From Novosphingobium sp. (GTDB taxonomy: Bacteria > Pseudomonadota > Alphaproteobacteria > Sphingomonadales > Sphingomonadaceae): a stretch of 64,000 nt of DNA. The notes beneath the pieces were generated by a model. That model ran no database searches. It was not told where the DNA came from and saw only the letters and a list, made by a program, of their open reading frames with translations. Below, piece by piece: positions 57,032 to 64,000 of the stretch. The DNA lies in NCBI GenBank assembly GCA_024236235.1, contig JACKKV010000007.1, forward strand, positions 6,330 through 70,329, in the 5' to 3' direction. How positions within the stretch are numbered: position 1 is the first letter of the stretch; the number at the start of each line of letters is the position of its first letter. A program made the position numbers and the translations under genes.

Positions 57032-58015
57032 ATGATGACGGGACAGGCGCGTTTTCGGGCCATTTTGCTGACGGCGGTGGCCTGTTTCAGTGTGGCTGGT
57101 CTTCCCTCAGCCGCGCATGCGCAAGACAGCGACGCGCGGCTGCGCAAGATTGAAACGGAAGTGCGCGCCCTGCAACGCAAGGTGTTTCCCGGCGGCGAAG
57201 GGCGCTTCTTTGAAGCCAGCGCCGCCAGCGGCGGCGAGGGGGGAACTGGCCTTCCCCCATCCACCACCGCAATGACGGACGTTCTGGCGCGGCTGGACGC
57301 GATCGAGGCGCAGCTGGCGCGGATCACCTCGCAGGTTGAAGTGAACACCAATGCGCTGGCGCTGCTGACGGGGCGGGTCACCGCGCTGGAACCCGTGCCC
57401 CCGCCGGGAACCGCGCCGGTTGCTGCGGCGCCCGCCGCCGCACCTCCCGCAGGCACGTTGCAACCGGTCACCCTGCCGCCATCGGTAGTTGCGTCCCCGT
57501 CACCAGCCCCGGCACCCGCGCCCGCAGCCGTCACCAAGCCTGCTGAAAAACCGGCGGAAAAGCCCGCTGGCCCCAGTGCAGAGCGGCTGGCCCGGGTCCA
57601 GGCCATCGCCAAGCCCCAGACAGGTGACGCCGGGGAGGATGAATATAGCTATGGCTTCCGCCTGTGGGACGCCAAGCTTTATCCCGAAGCGCAGCAGCAG
57701 TTGCGCCTCTATGTCGAGAAATACCCCAGTCATGCGCGCATCAGCTATGGCCGCAACCTGCTGGGCCGCGCCTATCTGGACGATGGCAAACCGCGCGATG
57801 CGGCCACCTGGTTCCTCAAGAATTATCAGGATGACAAGCAGGGCGCGCGGGCCGGAGACAGCCTGCTGTTCCTGGCCGAAGCAATGATCGCCACCAAGGA
57901 CACCAAGCGCGCCTGCATCGCCCTGGCCGAATTCGCCGAGACCTATCCGGCCCTGGCCTCCGGGCGGCTGCAGGGCCAGTATGAGGATGACCGCAAGCAG
58001 GTGACCTGCAATTGA
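57032..58015 (+). CDS. ybgF: Tol-Pal system protein YbgF/CpoB
   Basis: Signal peptide, coiled-coil region, Pro/Ala-rich linker, and a C-terminal TPR block (YSYGFRLWDAKLYPEAQQQLRLYVEKYP). Confidence 0.8.
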   Translation: MMTGQARFRAILLTAVACFSVAGLPSAAHAQDSDARLRKIETEVRALQRKVFPGGEGRFFEASAASGGEGGTGLPPSTTAMTDVLARLDAIEAQLARITSQVEVNTNALALLTGRVTALEPVPPPGTAPVAAAPAAAPPAGTLQPVTLPPSVVASPSPAPAPAPAAVTKPAEKPAEKPAGPSAERLARVQAIAKPQTGDAGEDEYSYGFRLWDAKLYPEAQQQLRLYVEKYPSHARISYGRNLLGRAYLDDGKPRDAATWFLKNYQDDKQGARAGDSLLFLAEAMIATKDTKRACIALAEFAETYPALASGRLQGQYEDDRKQVTCN

Positions 58016-58988
58016 CAGCCAGGCTGAACACGCCCCGCATCCGCTGATCGCGCGCTTCGCGGGCGATCTCGCGCGGCTGTGGCCGGAAGGGCAGAAGCTG
58101 GGCCTCGCGGTTTCGGGCGGGCCGGACAGCCTTGCCCTGCTGCTGCTGGCCGAAGCGGTCATGCCGGGCCGGGTGGAAGTCGCCACGGTCGATCATCGCC
58201 TGCGCGCGGAAAGCGCGTCGGAAGCGGCGATGGTGGCTGAACTGTGCGCCGGGCATAAAATTCCGCATGAAATCCTTTCTGTCAAAGTGCCGCAGGGCAA
58301 TGTCCAGGACATGGCGCGGATGGCGCGTTATCGTGCGCTGGGCGAATGGGCCCGGCGGCGTGAACTGGGCGCCATCGCTACTGCGCATCATGCCGATGAC
58401 CAGGCCGAAACGCTGATCATGCGGCTGAATCGGGCGAGCGGCGTGGCCGGGCTGGCAGGGGTGCGCGCGCGCGGCAATGTGCCCGGTACCGATCTGGCGC
58501 TGCTGCGCCCGCTGCTGGGCTGGCGCCGCGCCGAACTGGCAGAAATCGTCAAGGCTGCGGGGCTGCTGCCCGCTGATGATCCGGGCAATCGCGACACGCG
58601 TTTTGACCGGGTCCGGATTCGCGAGGCACTGAAAGGCTGCGACTGGCTGGATGTCCGGGCAATGGCGGTGAGCGCGAGCCATCTGGCGGATGCCGAAGGG
58701 GTGATGGTGTGGGCGGCGCAACGCGAATGGAACGAAGCGGTGACGGTCAGCGAGGATTCGATCCTCTACCGGCCCGGCGCCCCGCGTGCGATCCGCCTGC
58801 GCATCGTCGGGCGGGCCATCGCCATGCTGGGCGGGATACCGCGCGGCGGCGATGTAGCCAGACTGATCAATCGCTTGCAGGCGGGCAAGGACGGAACCCT
58901 GGCCGGGGTCGTGGCGCGCAGCGCGGCGGACGGAAGCTGGCGCTTCAGGCGCGAACCGCCCCGCCGGGGCGGCGCCAACCACTTATGA
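58011..58988 (+). CDS. tilS: tRNA(Ile)-lysidine synthase. The start codon is non-canonical or unresolved.
   Basis: The PP-loop LGLAVSGGPDSLALL is encoded at 58098-58142, upstream of the first in-frame ATG (58161). The frame is open only from 58005. The candidate ATT at 58011 overlaps the ybgF stop. Confidence 0.75.
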   Translation: MDSQAEHAPHPLIARFAGDLARLWPEGQKLGLAVSGGPDSLALLLLAEAVMPGRVEVATVDHRLRAESASEAAMVAELCAGHKIPHEILSVKVPQGNVQDMARMARYRALGEWARRRELGAIATAHHADDQAETLIMRLNRASGVAGLAGVRARGNVPGTDLALLRPLLGWRRAELAEIVKAAGLLPADDPGNRDTRFDRVRIREALKGCDWLDVRAMAVSASHLADAEGVMVWAAQREWNEAVTVSEDSILYRPGAPRAIRLRIVGRAIAMLGGIPRGGDVARLINRLQAGKDGTLAGVVARSAADGSWRFRREPPRRGGANHL

Positions 58989-60095
58989 TGCGGTGGCACC
59001 ACCAGACCGGGTGCGCCGGTCAATTTCAGCGTGAAACGCGGTCAGGCGTCCTTCTGCCCGGTTGAACAGATAATCGCGCTGGCCCAGCGAATGCGCAACC
59101 TGACCCCAGCTGTTGATGATGCGCGTGTCTTCCGAAGCGACCGCGCGGAAGTTGTTCCAGTCACGATCGTTTTGCTGTGCCCATTTTTCCTCGCTCAGCC
59201 CGGCAGGGCAGGGGCCGACCATGCCGTAAGCGACAAAGCGGGTCTTGCCCGGCCCGTCGGGCCACATGGTCCAGGTCTGGAGATGAGTCGGGAAATTGGA
59301 ATAGATCGTGTTGGGAAAAGCCAGGTAATGCGTGATTTCCGAGGCGCGATGATCCGCGCCCGCAGGTGCCCGGTCAGTAAGGCCGCGCACGGGAATGCTC
59401 ATCCAGCTGTGCGGATCGCAAATGCGCAGATGCGCCTTGCCCCACTGGACCACCTCGGACAGCGTTTCCTGATGAGTGAAGGGGACGTGCCAGGTTTCAT
59501 TGAAAGCATCGACCACTACTTTCCAGTTCGCATCCAGCACCGCGTCGAACCGGTAACGCACGTCGAACCCTTCCAGGTTGAACCAGTCCAGTTCGGTTGC
59601 AATGTCGGCCAGATAGCTGCGCAGATCGGGCAGGCTCTCGTCAAAGCAGATCCACACGAAACCGCCGTATTCCTCAACCCGGACGGGCGGCGTGCGCATA
59701 TTCTTCAGGCGGGATTCGTCGAATTCCTGCTTAAGCGGCGCAAACCGCAGATTGCCGCCCAGATCGTAGATGAAGCCGTGCCAGGGGCACACGAAGCGGG
59801 CGCTGGAACATTTTCCCGATTCTTCGACCAGCCTGGCGCCGCGATGCTGGCACACATTGTGCCAGGCGGTGAGCGATCCATCGTCCTGGCGCGCAATCAC
59901 GACGGATTGCTGCAGCTGTTCCCAGATCAGGTAATCGCGCGGATTGCGCACATCTTCCGACGGACAGGCCCGCAACCAGCTCTTGAAGAAGACTTCGTGC
60001 AGTTCGCGCTCGAACTGGCCGGGGTCGGTATAAAGGCGCGAATCCACGCTGCTGGGCGGCAACGGATATTGTTCTGTCTCATCGGTCGTGGCCAT
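58983..60095 (-). CDS. Rieske-type aromatic ring-hydroxylating oxygenase, alpha subunit
   Basis: CQHRGARL...CPWHGF Rieske motif and the DAFNETWHVPFTH mononuclear iron site. Start at MATTDETE (60095). Confidence 0.85.
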   Translation of the reverse strand: MATTDETEQYPLPPSSVDSRLYTDPGQFERELHEVFFKSWLRACPSEDVRNPRDYLIWEQLQQSVVIARQDDGSLTAWHNVCQHRGARLVEESGKCSSARFVCPWHGFIYDLGGNLRFAPLKQEFDESRLKNMRTPPVRVEEYGGFVWICFDESLPDLRSYLADIATELDWFNLEGFDVRYRFDAVLDANWKVVVDAFNETWHVPFTHQETLSEVVQWGKAHLRICDPHSWMSIPVRGLTDRAPAGADHRASEITHYLAFPNTIYSNFPTHLQTWTMWPDGPGKTRFVAYGMVGPCPAGLSEEKWAQQNDRDWNNFRAVASEDTRIINSWGQVAHSLGQRDYLFNRAEGRLTAFHAEIDRRTRSGGATAS

Positions 60096-60315
60096 CACTG
60101 CTTCCCTTGTTCGCCGCTCGCTCAAACCGGCCAGCCGGTGCTGCGCGCATGTCTTGACCAGTTCAAGCGGCTCTGGCAAAAACAAATGATTGTTTTAGAT
60201 ATGGGGATTGGCGCTCGAAGGCAACCGGTAAAGCGCGGCAGGGGCGTGTTGCGGCCTGTCGGGGCATCGCCCGCCGTTCGTCTGTGATCGCCCGGAACGA
60301 GAGGAAGCCAAGAGC

Positions 60316-61095
60316 ATGAGCGGTATTACCCCCGGATTTGCCGATTACCGCGATGCCTATCGCCACATCGCCATGGAACGCGACGAGCAGGGGATATTGC
60401 TGCTGCGCTTCCACACCGATGGCGGGCCACTGATCTGGAGCGAGCCGGTTCATGCCGAACTGGGCCATTGCTTCGGCCAGATCGGAGCTGACCGGGACAA
60501 CCGTGTGATCGTGATGACCGGCACTGGCGACCAATGGTGCGTTGAGATCGATTTTGCCAGTTTCAGCCTAAACACGCCAGAAGAATGGGATCATACATTC
60601 TATGACGGGCGCAAGCTGCTGATGAACCTGCTCGATATCGAAGTGCCGGTGATCAGCGCCATTAACGGCCCGGCACGCATGCACCCTGAAATTCCGGTGA
60701 TGTCGGACATCGTGCTGGCGGCAGATACGGCGCTGTTTCAGGATGGCCCGCATTTTGTGGCAGGGATCGTGCCGGGGGACGGCGCGCATATCGTCTGGAC
60801 GCATCTGCTGGGCCAGAATCGCGGCCGCTATTTCTTGCTGATGAATCAGGAATTGGGCGCGGCGGACGCATTTGCGGCCGGGGTGATCGGTGAAGTGCTG
60901 CCGCCCGACAGGGTGCTTGACCGCGCGATGGAAATCGCCCGGGACTTTGCCAGCAAGCCCGATCTTGCCCTGCGCTATTCGCGGGTGGTCCTGACGCAGC
61001 GTTTCAAGCGCCTGATGGCCGAAGGGCTGAGCCTTGGCCTGGGGCTTGAAGCGCTGGCGGCGATCGACCTGCTGGGGCGCATGAAGCAGGAGTAG
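60316..61095 (+). CDS. Enoyl-CoA hydratase/isomerase (crotonase) family protein
   Basis: 259 aa with a crotonase-fold pattern (VIVMTGTGDQWC...INGPA). Confidence 0.75.
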   Translation: MSGITPGFADYRDAYRHIAMERDEQGILLLRFHTDGGPLIWSEPVHAELGHCFGQIGADRDNRVIVMTGTGDQWCVEIDFASFSLNTPEEWDHTFYDGRKLLMNLLDIEVPVISAINGPARMHPEIPVMSDIVLAADTALFQDGPHFVAGIVPGDGAHIVWTHLLGQNRGRYFLLMNQELGAADAFAAGVIGEVLPPDRVLDRAMEIARDFASKPDLALRYSRVVLTQRFKRLMAEGLSLGLGLEALAAIDLLGRMKQE

Positions 61096-61135
61096 GCACC
61101 GGCCGGGCCTGCGCGGTGCCAGCGCGCAGATCCCG

Positions 61136-61423
61136 TCACAGCATATCGAAATGTTCCATCGCCGGTGCGCCCGCGAAGAAGGGGCGGGCGATGGCCGCGA
61201 ATTCCCCGAATGCTTCGGTCTGCGTGAAGGCGGTGTGGGATTCCACCGCATCCCATTCGAGCAGCAGCAGGAATTTGGAGGGCGATTCCACCCCGCGCCC
61301 CAGCCGTGCAGAGAAGCAGCCGGTCGCGCTTGCCAGCACTGCCAAACCCCGCTCGGCCATTGCCTTTGCAAAGGCTTCTTCCTGACCTTCAGCCACCGGA
61401 ATTTCGACTCGTTCGATAAACAT
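61136..61423 (-). CDS. Antibiotic biosynthesis monooxygenase (ABM/Dabb) family protein
   Basis: 95 aa (MFIERVEIPVAEGQEEAF...LLLLEWDAVESHTAF). ATGA overlap with the upstream ligase stop. Confidence 0.65.
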   Translation of the reverse strand: MFIERVEIPVAEGQEEAFAKAMAERGLAVLASATGCFSARLGRGVESPSKFLLLLEWDAVESHTAFTQTEAFGEFAAIARPFFAGAPAMEHFDML

Positions 61424-63129
61424 CACGCCTTCTCCCTGACCATTCTTGCCGCCAGTTCCGCGAGGCGGAATTTCTGCGGCCGCCCCGTGGCGGTTAACGG
61501 AATATCGCCGGCGCGCAAGCGCAGGACATGTTTGGGTACTTTGAAACGTGCCAGTTTCTCGCGACAGAGTGAGAGCAGTTCCTCGTCGCTCGGCGGTGCC
61601 GGACTGCCCGATTCGACGATGCACAGGCAGCCGACCTCGCCCATCTTGCGGTCAGGAATGCCAACCACCAGCGTCTGGGTCAGCCCCGGATAATTGTCGA
61701 AAATGGCTTCAATTTCGCGCGGCATGACCATTTCGCCGCCGCAGCGATAGGATTCCTTGATCCGTCCGGTCAGGCTCAGCCATCCTTCGGCGCTCAGCGT
61801 GCCGACATCGCCGGTGTGCAGCCAGCCATCCGCAGTGAAGACGTCGCGCGTTTCATCGGGCTTGTTGTAATATCCGCGCGTGACGATTGGCCCGCGCGCC
61901 TGCAGCTCGCCCGCCGCCCCATGCGGCAGCACTGCGCCTGAAACCGGATCGACCACGCGATATTCCGCCACCACGCCGCCGATCGCGGGATCGCCGGCCG
62001 CACCCGCCAGCTTTATCCGGCCGTTGGAATGCAACAACGCATCCTCGCCATCTTCAACCCGCGAACAGGTGGTCGAAGCGGTGGTTTCCGTCATGCCATA
62101 GCCGGTGTGAATTTCATCGACGCCGAAGGTTTCCCTGATTTCGGCCCAGACTGTGGGGACGTTCACCCCGCCGCTGTTGAAGAACGTATGCAACGCGGTG
62201 GTATCGAAGCCGCGGCTGCGCGCGGCGTCGATCAGCCGGTGAGTCATCAAGGGCACACAGACGATGTCATTCGCGCCGAAGCGTTCCGCCCAGTCAAGCA
62301 TCTCAGTCGCGTCAAATGCCGGGTGAGGGATCACGGCGCCGTTCACGAAGATGCAGGCGATCAGGCATTCGACATAGCCGAACACATGATACATCGGCAT
62401 CGCGTATTGAATGCGGCGGCCATCCTCGAAGGCGCGGGTAAGGACGGATGAATAGGCCGCGCGCAGCACCATGTCATGCGTCAGCATGGCGCCCTTGGGC
62501 CGACCGGTCGTGCCCGAGGTGTAGATAATGTCCGATATCGCATTCCCGTCAGCCGCCGCTTCGCGCCGGGCCAGTTCCGCATCGCTTGCAGGCGTCGCGC
62601 GCCCGGCAAGATCAGCCAGCGTTTCGCAGGCCTGCGCGCTGCCCTGCCCGGTCCGGAACACGAAGCGCGCTTCCAGTCCGGGAAGCGACGGGGCCAGCGC
62701 ATCGAGATCGGCCAGATAGTCCAGTCCGTTCCAGCCATCCATGGTCACAACGAAGCGACTGTCCGATTGCGCGAGCACATAGCCGAGCGCTTCGCCATGC
62801 AGCAGGTAATTGACCGGCACACAGGTGCAGGCGGCCCGGGCGATGGCCAGTTTGACCAGGATGAATTCGGGGAAATTGGCCATCAGCAGGGCGATGTGAT
62901 CGCCCGCCTTGGCGCCCGCCGCGATCAGCCCGGATGCGATCTTCCGGCTTTCTTCCTGAACCTCGCGATAGGTCATGGACCGCCCGCCAGTGAGGATCAG
63001 CGGCCGTTCTGGATGTTCCAGCGTGGCGCGGTCCTGCAATTGCGCGATCGTCAGCGTCCGCCACGCCGGATAGCGTTGTTCCAGTCTCGCGCGCCGTTGT
63101 ACCACAGGTTTCAGTCTGGCCGTTTTCAT
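61423..63129 (-). CDS. AMP-dependent acyl-CoA synthetase/ligase
   Basis: IIYTSGTTGRPKGAMLTH AMP-binding motif. 568 aa. Confidence 0.88.
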   Translation of the reverse strand: MKTARLKPVVQRRARLEQRYPAWRTLTIAQLQDRATLEHPERPLILTGGRSMTYREVQEESRKIASGLIAAGAKAGDHIALLMANFPEFILVKLAIARAACTCVPVNYLLHGEALGYVLAQSDSRFVVTMDGWNGLDYLADLDALAPSLPGLEARFVFRTGQGSAQACETLADLAGRATPASDAELARREAAADGNAISDIIYTSGTTGRPKGAMLTHDMVLRAAYSSVLTRAFEDGRRIQYAMPMYHVFGYVECLIACIFVNGAVIPHPAFDATEMLDWAERFGANDIVCVPLMTHRLIDAARSRGFDTTALHTFFNSGGVNVPTVWAEIRETFGVDEIHTGYGMTETTASTTCSRVEDGEDALLHSNGRIKLAGAAGDPAIGGVVAEYRVVDPVSGAVLPHGAAGELQARGPIVTRGYYNKPDETRDVFTADGWLHTGDVGTLSAEGWLSLTGRIKESYRCGGEMVMPREIEAIFDNYPGLTQTLVVGIPDRKMGEVGCLCIVESGSPAPPSDEELLSLCREKLARFKVPKHVLRLRAGDIPLTATGRPQKFRLAELAARMVREKA

Positions 63130-63222
63130 CTCGATTGACCTCTCCGGGCAATGCTTTTAACAAACGTTTGTTTCTCGGCAATGGCGGGCGCGGGGTCAAG
63201 CCCTGCCTTCAGGAGTTTCGCA

Positions 63223-64000
63223 ATGGATTTCAGTTTCACGGACGAACAGCGCATGTGGCGCGACACCGTCTATAATTTCATGGATCGTGAATTTCCGCGC
63301 GATGTGCTGCGCAAGCATGACCAGTCGCGCGAGTTTCCAGAGGAACTTTATCGCAAGATGGCGCAGCAGGGCTGGCTTGGCCTGCTGATTCCCGAGGAGT
63401 TTGGCGGCCTTGGCATGGACAGTGATCCGGTGATGTTCGCCCTGTTCTGCGAAGCGATCGGCAAGGACAGCCTGGACACGGCTGCCTGCATCATGACCTC
63501 GATGTTCACCGCCACCAATGTTTCGCGCCACGGCACGGCTGAGCAGCGCGAACGCTATCTTGAGCCGTTCCTGCGCGGTGAGGCCAAGTTCTCGATCTCC
63601 ATCAGCGAACCGCAATCCGGATCGGATGCGGCGGGCGCGCGTTCGACGGCGCGGCTGGATGGCGATGAATGGGTGATCAATGGCAACAAGGTCTGGTGTT
63701 CGGGCGCGCATCTGGCTGACACCTGCATCGCGATGATGCTGCGCACGGGCGAAGGGCGCTATGATTTCAGCGTGCTGCTGGTTCCCAATGACACCCCGGG
63801 GCTGGAGATCCAGAAGATGGACACGCTGGTGCGCCGCTCGCTGGGCACGAATTCGCTGTTCATGGACGATGTGCGCCTGCCCAAATCCGCGCTGCTGGGC
63901 GAGGTCAACAAGGGCTGGCAATATATTGGCGAGCATCTGGATTTTGAACGCCTTTCGATCGCGTCATCGCAGGTCGGCAACGCGCAGACCGCGCTGGACG
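63223..64000 (+). CDS. Acyl-CoA dehydrogenase, N-terminal part (runs off the window)
   Basis: AGGAG RBS, then MDFSFTDEQRMWRDTVYNFMDREF...GWLGLLIPEEFGG...ISEPQSGSDAAG. It is absent from the ORF track because no stop lies inside the window. Confidence 0.85.
   Translation, partial: MDFSFTDEQRMWRDTVYNFMDREFPRDVLRKHDQSREFPEELYRKMAQQGWLGLLIPEEFGGLGMDSDPVMFALFCEAIGKDSLDTAACIMTSMFTATNVSRHGTAEQRERYLEPFLRGEAKFSISISEPQSGSDAAGARSTARLDGDEWVINGNKVWCSGAHLADTCIAMMLRTGEGRYDFSVLLVPNDTPGLEIQKMDTLVRRSLGTNSLFMDDVRLPKSALLGEVNKGWQYIGEHLDFERLSIASSQVGNAQTALD

Noticed and set aside
1-64000. CRISPR arrays, rRNA genes and integrase genes flanking the tRNA-linked island
   Set aside because: By eye I found no regularly spaced direct repeats, no rRNA-like sequence, and no tyrosine or serine recombinase motifs in any listed ORF. 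I also saw no partial tRNA duplications that would mark att sites, although a computational repeat search would be more reliable.

Overview
This is a high-GC, chromosome-like window. Gene content suggests an alphaproteobacterium, possibly a sphingomonad; that assignment is inference only. Most of it is housekeeping, with four accessory patches.

Backbone genes:
- thiD-glmM, sodB, lptFG, clpS
- a phasin and phaC (PHA storage)
- scoAB and a quinohemoprotein alcohol dehydrogenase
- a microaerobic respiration block on one strand (ccoNOQP-ccoGHIS-small ORF-hemN), with ompW and an FNR-type regulator next to it
- lipB, nadA, glpK
- a DUF1465/DUF465 cluster with ptsP
- rodZ-like, ybgF, tilS
- a CoA-dependent catabolic cluster at the 3' end

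Accessory or unusual patches:
1. 1-3.8 kb: the end of a phage- or plasmid-like element. It carries a large protein with a peptidase M15 tail, a DUF5681 protein, two tandem 60-aa paralogs and three cargo ORFs, and it ends at an AT-rich junction.
2. 19.7-24.2 kb: a decayed RHS polymorphic-toxin island between tRNA-Cys and tRNA-Thr. It holds a low-GC toxin tip with a DUF4157-like EExxH motif, a lipoprotein immunity candidate, and an IS3 remnant.
3. 28.0-32.1 kb: a bufferin-type RiPP metallophore locus. Two precursor classes are transcribed divergently from twin GTAACC-N16-CGAAT promoters, but only one MNIO/DUF2063 maturase pair is present, together with DoxX, an ECF sigma factor and a DUF1109 anti-sigma factor. 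I rate this the most interesting system in the window.
4. 47.3-48.2 kb: an orphan PAAR plus a short DUF4123 adaptor, wedged against nadA.

Smaller items: a 274-bp element with 23-bp perfect terminal inverted repeats at the glpK stop, a phasin with an N-terminal Ala/Lys/Pro-rich extension, and a tilS whose PP-loop lies upstream of any canonical start codon.

Three short genes missing from the ORF track (ccoQ, ccoS, a second DUF465) were recovered by hand translation. I found no rRNA genes and no CRISPR array. All family assignments rest on motif recognition from memory; no database search was run.
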